The notes under the pieces: model-generated
Told to the model about the DNA's origin: nothing
What the model saw: only the letters and a program-made list of their open reading frames with translations
Database searches by the model: none
Made by a program: the position numbers and the translations under genes
Source: an uncultured Lactobacillus sp.
Lineage (GTDB): Bacteria > Bacillota > Bacilli > Lactobacillales > Lactobacillaceae
Length of the DNA: 64,000 nucleotides
Direction of reading: 5' to 3'
Assembly (NCBI GenBank): GCA_946482465.1
Contig: CAMLRL010000004.1
Location: forward strand, 17,441 to 81,440
Shown here: piece after piece, positions 18,633 through 28,853 of the stretch
How the letters are laid out: each line of letters begins with the position of its first letter
Numbering within the stretch: position 1 is the first letter of the stretch

Positions 18633-20459
18633 ATGATTTGGAAATTATCTTTAACAGGAATCAAAAATCGTTTTAAAGATTATACGGTCTTATTCTCTGG
18701 CTTGGTTGTTGCAAGCATGATCTTTTACATGTTTTTGACCATTGCAATTAATCCGGCCTTTATCAAAAACGATATTCAAACCTCAACTTCATATGTTCAA
18801 TTTACATTTGGCTTTGGCATTGTATTACTAGTCATTATTTCAATGATTTACCTTGTTTACGCTAATTCGTTTTTGCTAAGCATGCGTAAGCACGACTATG
18901 GTATGTATATGATGCTAGGAGCCAAGAGTAGTAAGATTGGGTTGCTAATTTTTCTAGAAACATTGATTACTGGGATTTTAGCCACTTCAGCTGGCATTAT
19001 TCTGGGCTTTGGCTTGACCACAGTTGTTGCCAAATTACTAATTGATAAACTGGGTTTAACGGTTACTCATTTTAGTCCCATCTTGCTTAATGCCGTTTTG
19101 TGGACACTAATCTTTTTCACTTTAATGTTTCTCTTCGGCGCGCTCAAAAATGCACGTAAATTAGTGCATACACCAGTAATCAACCTTTTGAAAGATGAGC
19201 AAAAGCCAGCTGAAACGAGTCTTAAAACGGGGCTGCGTTCGGTGGAAGCAATTGCTGGTCTAGTTCTGCTAGCCATAGGTTACTATACGCTTAGTCTTCC
19301 CGCAGCAATGATTTTAATTATCATTCCAGTTGCTTTAGTGACGATTGTAGCGGGATCATACTTTACATTTAATTCTTTTTTCAGTGCATTAATTGGCTTT
19401 CTATTAAAGCGAAAAGACTTTTCTTACCGCGGAATCCGGGTGTTTACACTAGGTCAGTTAAAGTTTCGGATTCATGACTACACCAAGATCTTAACAATTA
19501 TTTCGCTACTCTTTGCCTTAGCTTTAGGAGCAATCACTGTGGGATTGAACTTTAGTACACTTAAAGATCAAGCTACTGCAAGCACATATTATGACACGAC
19601 GATTGTAAGTTCCTCTTCTGCGGTTCAAGAAGCTAAGAGACAGCTGCATATCAAGCACGAACAAACATATCATTATAAAGAAAACAAAAAGTACTTGTAC
19701 TTTAAGCGGGCTGAATTCAGTGCTAATCCAGTCAAAAACAATGAATTCTATGTCAAAAATGACACACCAGCTTATAAGACAATAAATTTGAAAATTGCTG
19801 ATCTGGCTAAGCAGGGAACAACTGCTAATAACGCTTTGAACTCAATGCTTCCTGCTAATCACCATAAACCTATTCGTTTGGTTTCACAGCAAAAATGGGC
19901 TAGTTTAAAGGGCGACAAGCAGTTTGTCACCCTTCTAACCGTAAAGAATTTTCAGCAAGACTATCCAATCCTCTTAAAAATTGAAAAGCAGCAGCTAGAA
20001 GAAAGCAAAAATTATGCCAATGTTTATCAATCAAGTAAGGCAGGAGCCTATCAGCTAGTTATGAACTTTAGTAGTGGTTTTGAATTCATGGGTTTCTTCT
20101 TGGGCTTTGCTTTCTTAACTATGCTTGCTTCTACTTTAATGTTTAAGATTTTAACTGGTGCTGCTAGCGATAAAATCCGCTATCAGATGTTGTTTGAAAT
20201 GGGCACTAGAATGTCTGTCTTACGTAATTCAATTAAAAATGAGATTGGTATCTTATTCCTTTTACCGGGAATATTAGGCGTAGTCGATGTTTTATTTGGT
20301 TTACAGATGTTTAGAGTTTTCCTTCCAGCCCCGTACCACAACTTATGGATCCCATTTACAATTTTTATCATTTTGTACATCCTCTATTACCTAATAACAG
20401 TGAAGTTATATGAAAAAATCGTTTTGAAATCGGATAGTGTTCTCAACAAAGGAGAATGA
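18633..20459 (+). CDS. FtsX-like ABC permease (BceB-like), copy 1
   Basis: About 10 TMs with a large extracellular loop; RKHDYGMYMMLGA motif. Confidence 0.9.
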   Translation: MIWKLSLTGIKNRFKDYTVLFSGLVVASMIFYMFLTIAINPAFIKNDIQTSTSYVQFTFGFGIVLLVIISMIYLVYANSFLLSMRKHDYGMYMMLGAKSSKIGLLIFLETLITGILATSAGIILGFGLTTVVAKLLIDKLGLTVTHFSPILLNAVLWTLIFFTLMFLFGALKNARKLVHTPVINLLKDEQKPAETSLKTGLRSVEAIAGLVLLAIGYYTLSLPAAMILIIIPVALVTIVAGSYFTFNSFFSALIGFLLKRKDFSYRGIRVFTLGQLKFRIHDYTKILTIISLLFALALGAITVGLNFSTLKDQATASTYYDTTIVSSSSAVQEAKRQLHIKHEQTYHYKENKKYLYFKRAEFSANPVKNNEFYVKNDTPAYKTINLKIADLAKQGTTANNALNSMLPANHHKPIRLVSQQKWASLKGDKQFVTLLTVKNFQQDYPILLKIEKQQLEESKNYANVYQSSKAGAYQLVMNFSSGFEFMGFFLGFAFLTMLASTLMFKILTGAASDKIRYQMLFEMGTRMSVLRNSIKNEIGILFLLPGILGVVDVLFGLQMFRVFLPAPYHNLWIPFTIFIILYILYYLITVKLYEKIVLKSDSVLNKGE

Positions 20460-20487
20460 GCTGCTAGTTTAGGAAAGAGGAATGCGT

Positions 20488-22299
20488 ATGATTTGGAAGT
20501 TGTCTTTAACGGGAATAAAAAGCAGGCTAAAGGACTATCTGGTTTTGTTTTCTGGTTTAACTGTTGCTAGCATGGTTTTCTATATGTTTTTAGCAATTGC
20601 AGTTAACCCAGCTTTCATTAAAAATGACATCCACGTTAGAACAGATTACTTAAAATATATTTTTATTTTTGGCATTGTTTTATTAGTCATTATTACTTTA
20701 GTCTATTTATTGTATGCTGATACGTTTTTACTCAGCATGCGTAAGCATGATTACGGCATGTACATGATGCTGGGTGCTAAAAGCACTAGGATAGGGCGAC
20801 TGATTTTTGGTGAAACCCTAATCACTGGTCTTTTGGCCACTTTCTTAGGGCTTATACTTGGGTTTGGTTTAACCTGGATTAGTCTAAAAATACTAATTAG
20901 CAAGTTAGGCTTAGAAATACCACATTTTCAGGTCATTTTACCTAATGCGATTATAATTACGATTGCGTTTTTCTTAGTAATATTTTTGGTGGTGGCCTTG
21001 GCTAACGTATACAAGTTAACGCACACGCCTGTTATTACTTTGTTACATGAAGATCAGGCACCAGTAAAATTTCGCTATCGTCCATTTTTACGAGTAATCG
21101 AAGCAGCAGGCGGTGTTTTCTTACTGGCAATAGGTTATTACGTAATGACACTGCCAAAGGAGCAAGTTTTTAAAATTATTCCAACCGCTTTGGTAACAAT
21201 TGTAATTGGTTCATACTTGATTTTTGCTGCAGTGTTTAGTTCGCTTGTGGGGCTTTTGCTAAAAAGGAAAAGTTTTTCTTATCATGGCATTCGTATGTTT
21301 ACACTGGGACAGCTGAAGTTCCGGCTGCAAAGCTATACTCGAGTTTTGACAATGATTTCTTTGCTGTTTGCTCTTGCACTTGGTGCAATCACCGTTGGTT
21401 TGAACTTTGATTCGCTCAATGATTTAGCAACGCAATCTGTTTATTACGATGCAACAATTGTTAGCAATTCTTCTGCCGTCAAGAAGGCCGAGTCAAAACT
21501 GGATGTAATTAGTAAACAGACCTACCATTACAAGGAAACCAAAAAAATTCTTTACTTTGATCAAGCTGAGCTTTCGAAACAGCCAGCGAAATATGTTAGT
21601 GTTAATTATTCCAATAATAGAGGTGTCACTCAATATACGGTTAAAGCACTGCAAGTAAATAAAATATCTGATAGCAATGCAATAGATAATACTATTTTTA
21701 TGCGGATGGTTCCAAACCATGGCCAGCAAAAAGTTAAGCTTGTCTCGTCAAAGGAGTTAAGCAAACTTAGTGGTCAGAAAAACTTTGTTAGTCTTCTTCG
21801 AGTTAAAGATTTTCGCCAGGCTTATCCTATTATCGCTAAAATAGAAAGTCAGCAAGTAAAAGAAAAGCCTGCTTTTTCCGCCCTCGTGCCTCAGTCTAAA
21901 GCGGCTTTTTACGGAAACTCACTTGCTTACAGTAGTTCGTTTGAATTCATGGGCTTCTTTCTTGGCTTTGCCTTTTTGACTATGCTTGCTTCAACATTAA
22001 TGTTTAAAGTTTTAAGTGGTGCTGCTGGCGATAAAGCGAAGTACCGGATGCTCTACCAAATGGGGACAAGGAAACAGCTACTACGGCGTTCTATCAAAGC
22101 AGAAATCGGTGTTCTTTTTCTCTTACCAGCACTTCTAGGCGTGATTGATGTTCTTTTTGGACTGCAACTTTTTAAAGATTTGTTAGAAAACCCATACCGT
22201 AGTATCTGGATTCCGTTTGTTATTTTTATTATTCTCTATTCATTTTATTATTTATTAACAGTCAAATTGTATGAAAAACTTGTTTTAACAAAAGAGTGA
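20488..22299 (+). CDS. FtsX-like ABC permease (BceB-like), copy 2, tandem paralog
   Basis: MIWKLSLTGIK start and TM segments are nearly the same as in copy 1; the extracellular loop has diverged. Confidence 0.9.
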   Translation: MIWKLSLTGIKSRLKDYLVLFSGLTVASMVFYMFLAIAVNPAFIKNDIHVRTDYLKYIFIFGIVLLVIITLVYLLYADTFLLSMRKHDYGMYMMLGAKSTRIGRLIFGETLITGLLATFLGLILGFGLTWISLKILISKLGLEIPHFQVILPNAIIITIAFFLVIFLVVALANVYKLTHTPVITLLHEDQAPVKFRYRPFLRVIEAAGGVFLLAIGYYVMTLPKEQVFKIIPTALVTIVIGSYLIFAAVFSSLVGLLLKRKSFSYHGIRMFTLGQLKFRLQSYTRVLTMISLLFALALGAITVGLNFDSLNDLATQSVYYDATIVSNSSAVKKAESKLDVISKQTYHYKETKKILYFDQAELSKQPAKYVSVNYSNNRGVTQYTVKALQVNKISDSNAIDNTIFMRMVPNHGQQKVKLVSSKELSKLSGQKNFVSLLRVKDFRQAYPIIAKIESQQVKEKPAFSALVPQSKAAFYGNSLAYSSSFEFMGFFLGFAFLTMLASTLMFKVLSGAAGDKAKYRMLYQMGTRKQLLRRSIKAEIGVLFLLPALLGVIDVLFGLQLFKDLLENPYRSIWIPFVIFIILYSFYYLLTVKLYEKLVLTKE

Positions 22300-22336
22300 A
22301 AAAAGTTGTAATCATTAAGATTACAGCTTTTTATTT
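22300..22336 (+). terminator. Intrinsic terminator
   Basis: AAAGTTGTAATC-ATTAA-GATTACAGCTTTTT. Confidence 0.75.
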
Positions 22337-22401
22337 TTGCTGAAAAAGCTAACTATTCATTCAAGGTTTTTGGCTAAATTAAATTATTTTTAAAATATTT
22401 C

Positions 22402-22429
22402 TTGACACCTAAAAACAAGATACCTATAA
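22402..22429 (+). promoter_or_regulatory. Consensus sigma-A promoter of the liv leader/operon
   Basis: TTGACA-16 nt-TATAAT. Confidence 0.85.
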
Positions 22430-22467
22430 TTCTAAGTGTTAAATTAAATTTTTAGGAGGCTATTTTA

Positions 22468-22554
22468 ATGAAAATTACAAAATTAAATAAAAAGAACATT
22501 AGAATAGTCAATACGCAAAAGATAATTATTGCCTTGTTGTCAAGTAGGACTTAA
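22468..22554 (+). CDS. Putative BCAA-sensing leader peptide, 28 aa (MKITKLNKKNIRIVNTQKIIIALLSSRT)
   Basis: Strong RBS AGGAGG; 6 Ile, 3 Leu and 1 Val, with an Ile-Ile-Ile-Ala-Leu-Leu cluster; lies upstream of an attenuator. Confidence 0.75.
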   Translation: MKITKLNKKNIRIVNTQKIIIALLSSRT

Positions 22555-22638
22555 CCTAAGTAGATTGCTGAATGCAGTTTGTAAAGTTGAGCCCTTGTTT
22601 GCTTCTTGATGAATGGGGCTTAACTCATAAAAGACCTA

Positions 22639-22672
22639 GCGCCTCATTCATTAAGTTGAATGAGGTGTTTTT
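22639..22672 (+). terminator. Attenuator (conditional terminator) upstream of livK
   Basis: GCGCCTCATTCA/TGAATGAGGTGT stem plus TTTT; its 5' arm can pair instead with 22609-22619. Confidence 0.8.
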
Positions 22673-22697
22673 GTAGGTAAATGTCAAAGGAGAAAAA

Positions 22698-23894
22698 ATG
22701 AGTAAGTTTACTAAAAAAGTAATGAGTGCTGTCACATTAGGAGCGGCTGCATTTATGATGGCGGGCTGTTCCGTTGCTAAAAACAGTGGTAGCAAGGGAA
22801 CGACCCAAGCACATGATGTTGTTAAAATTGGGGCCAATTTAGAGCTGTCTGGAGCTGCTGCCGGTTATGGTAATGCGGAACGACAGGGTGTCCAACTTGC
22901 AGTTGATGAAATCAATAAAGCAGGTGGGGTTAACGTTAATGGTCACAAGAAGAAAATTAAATTGATTTTACGTGACAATAAGTCGGCAATTGCTACTTCA
23001 TCCTCTGTTGCAGCTCAGTTAACTACTAAGGACAAGGTTGCGGCAATTGTTGGGCCTGCAACCACAAGTGCAGGTACTGCTGAAATTCCAAATATTACGA
23101 AAGCAGCTGTGCCAAGTGTCAGTCCATCAGCAACGGATTCAAAATATACTTTACAAAAAGACGGTAAGGTTCAAGAGTATGTTTTCCGTGCTTGTTTCCA
23201 AGATAATTTCCAAGGAACTAAAGCAGCAGAATTTGTAATGGATAAATTAAAGGCCAAGCGTGTTGCTATTTACGCTGATAATTCAAGTGATTATGGAACA
23301 GGGCTTGCTAAGGCTTTCCAAAATACATATAAGGGTAAGGTAGTCGCTAACCAAACCTACTCAGCAGGTGATAAGGACTTTAACGCTGTTTTAACTTCAT
23401 TTAAGTCGAAAAACGTTGATGCGATTTATGTTCCTGGTTACTACACTGAAGTAGGTTTGATCATCAAGCAAGCTCGTCAAATGGGTATCAAGGTTCCAAT
23501 CGTTGGTGGTGACGGAATGGCTGATCCGAAGTTACCACAAATCGCAGGTCCTAAGAATGCCACAAATATTTTCTACACCACACCATTTTCTACTCGTGTT
23601 GCAGCTAAGGATCCGTTTGCTTCGAAGTTTATGAAAGCTTTTAAGGCACGTTACCACACTGATGCTCCTGCCTTCTCAGCACTTGCTTATGATGCGGTAT
23701 ACCTAGTTAAAAATGCAATTGAAACACAAAAATCAGATGATTCAGTCAAGATTACTGCAGGTTTAGCCAAGACTAAGAACTTCAAGGGCGTTACTGGCGA
23801 AATCACGATTGATAAAAAGCACAACCCTGAAAGACCAATCATAACTGAGGAAATGACTAACGGAAAAATCAGTAATTTTTACAAGGTTGATTAA
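22698..23894 (+). CDS. livK: Branched-chain amino acid ABC transporter substrate-binding lipoprotein
   Basis: Lipobox MAGC; KIGANLELSG, EINKAGGV, FRACFQD and YDAVY motifs. Confidence 0.92.
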   Translation: MSKFTKKVMSAVTLGAAAFMMAGCSVAKNSGSKGTTQAHDVVKIGANLELSGAAAGYGNAERQGVQLAVDEINKAGGVNVNGHKKKIKLILRDNKSAIATSSSVAAQLTTKDKVAAIVGPATTSAGTAEIPNITKAAVPSVSPSATDSKYTLQKDGKVQEYVFRACFQDNFQGTKAAEFVMDKLKAKRVAIYADNSSDYGTGLAKAFQNTYKGKVVANQTYSAGDKDFNAVLTSFKSKNVDAIYVPGYYTEVGLIIKQARQMGIKVPIVGGDGMADPKLPQIAGPKNATNIFYTTPFSTRVAAKDPFASKFMKAFKARYHTDAPAFSALAYDAVYLVKNAIETQKSDDSVKITAGLAKTKNFKGVTGEITIDKKHNPERPIITEEMTNGKISNFYKVD

Positions 23895-23942
23895 CGAAAA
23901 ACATGTTTAGTTAATAGAGATATTTCAAAGGAGCGATCAAAT

Positions 23943-24821
23943 TTGCAGATAGTTTTACAGCAAATTATCAATGCCTTATCATTAGGCTCGATATATGCCT
24001 TGTTGGCGTTGGGTTATAGCATGGTTTACGGCATTATTAAGTTAATTAACTTTGCTCATGGTGATATTTACATGTTAGGGGCATTTTGTGCCTACTACGT
24101 AATTAGCCTTTGGCACTTTAACTTTATTACCGCTCTACTTACAGCAATGATTGTTAGTGCACTAGCTGGTGTAGTGATTGAATATTTTGCATATCGACCT
24201 CTACGTAAGTCACCTAGAATCGCTGTTTTGATTACTGCTATTGGTGTATCGTTTTTGCTAGAAAATGGTATGTCATATTTAGTAGGCTCTAATGCACGCA
24301 GCTTTCCCCAAGTAATGGAACAAGTTAATTACAACATTGGTGGCATTGTCATTTCTAATATTCAAATTTTGATTTTGGCTACAGCGTTGATCTTAATGGT
24401 TTTGCTGCAGGTAATTATCAAAAAAACCAAAATGGGACGAGCAATGAGAGCAGTTTCGGTTGATCCAGATGCAGCTGAGTTAGTCGGTGTAAATGTGAAC
24501 CATACGATTTCATTTACTTTTGCCTTAGGCTCGGCCTTAGCCGGTGCTGGCGGTATTCTGATTGGGATGTACTATAACCAAATTGATCCGCTGATGGGAA
24601 TGACACCGGGAATCAAGGCCTTCGTGGCAGCCGTATTGGGCGGAATTGGTTCAGTACCTGGTGCATCACTAGGAGGCTTCCTGATTGGTATTTTGGAAAC
24701 ATTTTTCCAATCAATCGGTTTATCTGCATACAAAGATGCTGTCGTTTACTTTGTCTTAATTGTTATTTTGCTCTTTTTACCAGCCGGTATCTTTGGCAAA
24801 AATACTAAAGAAAAGGTTTAG
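23943..24821 (+). CDS. livH: BCAA ABC transporter permease
   Basis: GSIYALLALGYSMVYG..KLINFAHG and GRAMRAVS motifs; TTG start. Confidence 0.95.
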   Translation: MQIVLQQIINALSLGSIYALLALGYSMVYGIIKLINFAHGDIYMLGAFCAYYVISLWHFNFITALLTAMIVSALAGVVIEYFAYRPLRKSPRIAVLITAIGVSFLLENGMSYLVGSNARSFPQVMEQVNYNIGGIVISNIQILILATALILMVLLQVIIKKTKMGRAMRAVSVDPDAAELVGVNVNHTISFTFALGSALAGAGGILIGMYYNQIDPLMGMTPGIKAFVAAVLGGIGSVPGASLGGFLIGILETFFQSIGLSAYKDAVVYFVLIVILLFLPAGIFGKNTKEKV

Positions 24822-24829
24822 GTGGCAAA

Positions 24830-25786
24830 ATGAAAGCAAATTTGAAATACATCTTGTCGTGGCTTGTAATTATGATTGCGGGCTTCTATCTAATCAATGC
24901 GTTGATTATGGTAGGCGTGATTGATGACTTTATTGAAAATATGTTGGTCACAATCGGAATCAATATTATTTTGGCAACAGGATTGAATTTAATTATCGGT
25001 TTTAGTGGCCAATTTTCACTTGGACACGCTGGTTTTATGGCAATTGGTGCATATGCAACCGCGATTATTACCCAGCACGTAAGTACTGAACTAGGTTTTA
25101 TTGTGTCATTGCTGGTTGGAATGGCGCTTGCAGCACTTATTGCCTTAGTTGTCGGAACAGCAACGTTTACTCGATTAAAGGGTGATTATTTAGCAATTGC
25201 GACTTTAGGTGCGGCTGAAATTATTCGCAACATCATCAATAACCTGAAGATTACTGGTGGCTCAGCGGGGATGTTTAACATTCCTCAACTATGCTCTTGG
25301 CCAACTGTTTATATTTTGGTTTGTTTAACGACCCTAGTTTTGATGAACTTTATTAAATCTAAAAACGGACGAGCAATTAAAGCTGTACGTGAAGATGAAA
25401 TTGCTGCTGAAGCGATGGGAATTAACACTACCAAGTGGAAAGTAGCCGCTTTTGTTATTGGTGCGACAACAGCTGCGATTGCTGGTAGCTTGCATGCATC
25501 CTATATCCAAACTATTTCACCATCAAACTTTGGAATTATGGAGTCTATTTCGATTCTTGTAATTGTTGTTTTAGGTGGTGTTGGTAGTATGACCGGAACA
25601 TTTTTAGCAGCAGTTGTTTTAGGCGTGTTAGATACGGTCTTACAAAACTTTGGTGCGCTAAGAATGGTTATTTATGCAATTGCACTGATTTTAATTATGA
25701 TCTTCAAGCCATCAGGACTGCTCGGTAACTGGGAATTTTCATTAAAGAATCTTGGTAAACATTTTGGTAAAAAGGAAAGGGGCTAG
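24830..25786 (+). CDS. livM: BCAA ABC transporter permease
   Basis: GFSGQFSLGHAGF, RLKGDYLAIATLG, AVREDEIAAEAMG. Confidence 0.95.
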   Translation: MKANLKYILSWLVIMIAGFYLINALIMVGVIDDFIENMLVTIGINIILATGLNLIIGFSGQFSLGHAGFMAIGAYATAIITQHVSTELGFIVSLLVGMALAALIALVVGTATFTRLKGDYLAIATLGAAEIIRNIINNLKITGGSAGMFNIPQLCSWPTVYILVCLTTLVLMNFIKSKNGRAIKAVREDEIAAEAMGINTTKWKVAAFVIGATTAAIAGSLHASYIQTISPSNFGIMESISILVIVVLGGVGSMTGTFLAAVVLGVLDTVLQNFGALRMVIYAIALILIMIFKPSGLLGNWEFSLKNLGKHFGKKERG

Positions 25787-25789
25787 CAC

Positions 25790-26572
25790 ATGGAGCATTT
25801 ACTGCAAGTAGAACACGCGGTACGAAAATTTGGTGGTGTAACCGCAGTTAACGATGTTTCACTTCATCTAGATGAACATGAATTGGTTGCCCTTATTGGT
25901 CCAAATGGTGCTGGTAAAACGACGCTATTTAACTTATTAACAGGGATGGTTCCTGTAACTAGCGGCAAAATAGATTTACGAGTTGACAAGCAAACTTATG
26001 ATTTAACCAGTAAGAATGCTGTCCAAATTGCTGATTTAGGCTTGTCACGAACTTTTCAGAATATTCGTTTGTTCAAAAATTTAACAGTTATGGACAATGT
26101 TTTAACTGCCATGACAAATAAGTACAAAGAAGGATTTTTGACAACTGTTTTTCGTTTGCCAAGCTATTATCGAACTGAAAAGGAAATGAGAGCAGCAGCA
26201 GAAAAACTGCTAGACATTTTCGATTTAACAGATAGCCAAGCATTATTAGCTGAAAATCTACCTTATGGAACGCAGCGCCGCTTAGAAATAGTTAGAGCCT
26301 TGGCAACACAGCCTAAAATTTTGTTCTTAGATGAACCTGCTGCTGGAATGAATCCAGAGGAAACGGCAGATTTAACTAACCTAATTAAGCGGGTGCAAAA
26401 AGAGTTTGGCATAACTGTTTTATTGATTGAGCATGACATGTCTCTTGTTATGAACTTGGCTGAACGCATTTATGTTCTCGATCAAGGAGAATTACTTGCA
26501 ACTGGTACCCCTGAAGAAATCAGGACAAATAATAAAGTGGTTGAGGCATATTTGGGAGAAGGTGAAGTCTAG
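25790..26572 (+). CDS. livG: BCAA ABC transporter ATPase
   Basis: GPNGAGKTT, RTFQNIRLF, LPYGTQRRLEI, DEPAAG. Confidence 0.95.
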   Translation: MEHLLQVEHAVRKFGGVTAVNDVSLHLDEHELVALIGPNGAGKTTLFNLLTGMVPVTSGKIDLRVDKQTYDLTSKNAVQIADLGLSRTFQNIRLFKNLTVMDNVLTAMTNKYKEGFLTTVFRLPSYYRTEKEMRAAAEKLLDIFDLTDSQALLAENLPYGTQRRLEIVRALATQPKILFLDEPAAGMNPEETADLTNLIKRVQKEFGITVLLIEHDMSLVMNLAERIYVLDQGELLATGTPEEIRTNNKVVEAYLGEGEV

Positions 26573-27283
26573 ATGGCGATGCTCGAAGTTGAAAACTTGT
26601 CCGTTAACTATGGTGTTATCCAAGCTGTTAAAGGGGTAAGTTTCAAAATAAATGAAGGCGAAATTGTGACTTTGATTGGTGCAAACGGTGCCGGCAAGTC
26701 GACAATTGTTAAAACAATCTCTGGACTACTTAAACCTAAGGATGGTCAAATCACATATCAGGGTAAGAGCATTGTTAAAGAAAAGGCTCCGCAAATAGTA
26801 TTAGACGGGATTTCACAAGTTCCAGAGGGACGGCATATTTTTTCCGGACTAACGGTAATGGAAAACCTACAGATGGGTGCTTTTTTACAAAAAAGTGGTA
26901 GTGAAGTGAACAAGGGTTATCAAGAAATTTTTGAACGTTTTCCAATTTTACAAAAACGTAAAAATCAGGATGCTGCAACGCTGTCAGGTGGTGAGCAACA
27001 AATGCTGGCCATCGGTCGTGCGTTGATGGCTAAACCTAAATTACTTTTACTTGACGAACCTTCGATGGGACTGTCACCTTTGTATATTCAGGAGATTTTT
27101 AAGATTATTAAAGAGCTGAATGAAAAGGGAACAACAATCTTGTTGATTGAGCAGAATGCTAAACAAGCTCTCTCGATTGCTGATCGAGGTTATGTATTGG
27201 CAACTGGTAAAATTGAATTAACTGGTACAGGACAGGAACTATTAGCTAATCCAGAAGTGCAGAAAGTGTACTTCGGTGGCTAA
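26573..27283 (+). CDS. livF: BCAA ABC transporter ATPase
   Basis: GANGAGKST, VPEGR, LSGGEQQMLA, DEPSMGL, EQNA. Confidence 0.95.
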   Translation: MAMLEVENLSVNYGVIQAVKGVSFKINEGEIVTLIGANGAGKSTIVKTISGLLKPKDGQITYQGKSIVKEKAPQIVLDGISQVPEGRHIFSGLTVMENLQMGAFLQKSGSEVNKGYQEIFERFPILQKRKNQDAATLSGGEQQMLAIGRALMAKPKLLLLDEPSMGLSPLYIQEIFKIIKELNEKGTTILLIEQNAKQALSIADRGYVLATGKIELTGTGQELLANPEVQKVYFGG

Positions 27284-27301
27284 GTAGTTACTTCAAGAGT
27301 A

Positions 27302-27336
27302 AAAAGACCATTCACATTTTTAGTGAATGGTCTTTT
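27302..27336. terminator. Bidirectional intrinsic terminator
   Basis: AAAAGACCATTCAC...GTGAATGGTCTTTT. Confidence 0.85.
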
Positions 27337-27353
27337 AATTTTTGGAGCAAGCT

Positions 27354-27968
27354 TTATTTACGGCAGAGCTTCTTAATGTTTTTATATCGACTGGCTGAAT
27401 TGGGTATCTCCCTTCAGTGTCCATGACAGATGGAACCTTTGTGTTATGATCAAACCCCATTGCATGCCCCAGTTCATGTTCGATGGCTTGAAGTACTTGT
27501 TAGTAGCGCTCAGCATCGTCTGCAAAATCACACAAGCAACATGTGTTTAACTGGATAGTTGAAGCAACGAGACGATGGTTTTTGACATAATAGCGCCAGT
27601 GAGTGTAGCCAGCATAACGGGTTTTTGAATTGTACCAAGGTACTACAGTGATTTGAGCCTTTTTCCTATTCTTAGTTTTTGTGAAAGTAAATGCACCTGT
27701 TTCGTTCCATTCTTTAATTGCATCATTAGTTGCGGCAATTAAATCGTCATTTTTCCCTAAATCAAGGTAAATTAAAGCTTTGGCTTTGTTCCATCTGCGA
27801 TGTGGTACCTTCTTAACTTTCTTAGCCTTTTAGTCTTTTTGGCATAGGTTATTTGATTAAAAGAAACGGGTGAATAGGAACCACTGCTTAGAATAAACGA
27901 TCCGACGAGAGCTATTGAAACAAATAGTGAACAGAATGATTTTTTAATAAAATGATGGCTTTTTTCAT
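27354..27968 (-). pseudogene. Disrupted matrixin-family Zn metalloprotease, paralog of 28854-29483
   Basis: Manual translation gives AIKEWNETGAFTFTKTKN, YAGYT and IEHELGHAMGFDHN; in-frame TAA at 27500-27502 and several frameshifts. Confidence 0.88.
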
Positions 27969-28177
27969 CTTAATTGCCTGTATACTGACTATTACAATTT
28001 TAATGACAATTATAACAGTGAACCAATTAAAGCGTGTAAATCGTCAATTTATTTTATTATTGAAAATCAATTCTGGACTAATGATGCCACTCGACAATGC
28101 GGTAAATAAGTGTTTAGGGTGATAAAAATCCTCAGTTATCAAAGTAATTGAGGATATCCATAGATAGAAAAGTGTAA

Positions 28178-28825
28178 TTAAGATAATTTCATTTTATTAT
28201 AGGAAATTACTTTTTTATCTTTGCCAGTCATATTCATAATTGTGATCGAAGCGTTACGAGGACCTTCGCTAATATCAAAGTCACCGTATTTTGCTGCGAT
28301 GCTACGAATAGTAAAACTATGGGTTACCAGAAGGATGTTTTCTGCGCCATCAAGTTGGCTAATCAGTTTGAAACCTTGGTCGAGTCGTTTCCAGTATTCT
28401 TCAGCGTTTTCAGCATCATGAAAGGGATCAGCCTCTTTAACCCAGTCCTTAACCTTATCAAGTGGTTCCTTTTGGAATAGATCATAATGGTTTTTGTAAC
28501 CATGCGGGCCAGCAATCATTTGCCATGCTGCATCGGAATCCATGCCTTCAAAGTACCCACAAAACTGTTCGCGGAAAAATGGGGAAGCTATATGTTGCAA
28601 CGTGTCACGATTAGTGTTGTGTGACATGATAATATCACAAGTATCACTAGCACGTTTTAAGTCGCTAGAAAGAGCAATGTCAAACGAGATGTTCTTAAGA
28701 ACTTCACCAGCTTCATTGGCATCAGCAATTCCCTTATCAGTTAATGGTGTGTCGCACCAACCTTGCATTTTGTTGTAGCGATTAATATAAGTTTGACCGT
28801 GGCGGACAATATAGATTCTTTTCAT
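28178..28825 (-). CDS. Histidine phosphatase (phosphoglycerate mutase) family protein
   Basis: VRHGQT, SSDLKRA..T, E..CG.FEG, LVTHS. Confidence 0.92.
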   Translation of the reverse strand: MKRIYIVRHGQTYINRYNKMQGWCDTPLTDKGIADANEAGEVLKNISFDIALSSDLKRASDTCDIIMSHNTNRDTLQHIASPFFREQFCGYFEGMDSDAAWQMIAGPHGYKNHYDLFQKEPLDKVKDWVKEADPFHDAENAEEYWKRLDQGFKLISQLDGAENILLVTHSFTIRSIAAKYGDFDISEGPRNASITIMNMTGKDKKVISYNKMKLS

Positions 28826-28853
28826 TTTACCTACTTAGATTTTTTTAATATAC

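Noticed and set aside
22430-22690. T-box riboswitch as the liv leader
   Set aside because: No T-box or specifier-loop motifs; the leader-peptide model fits better.
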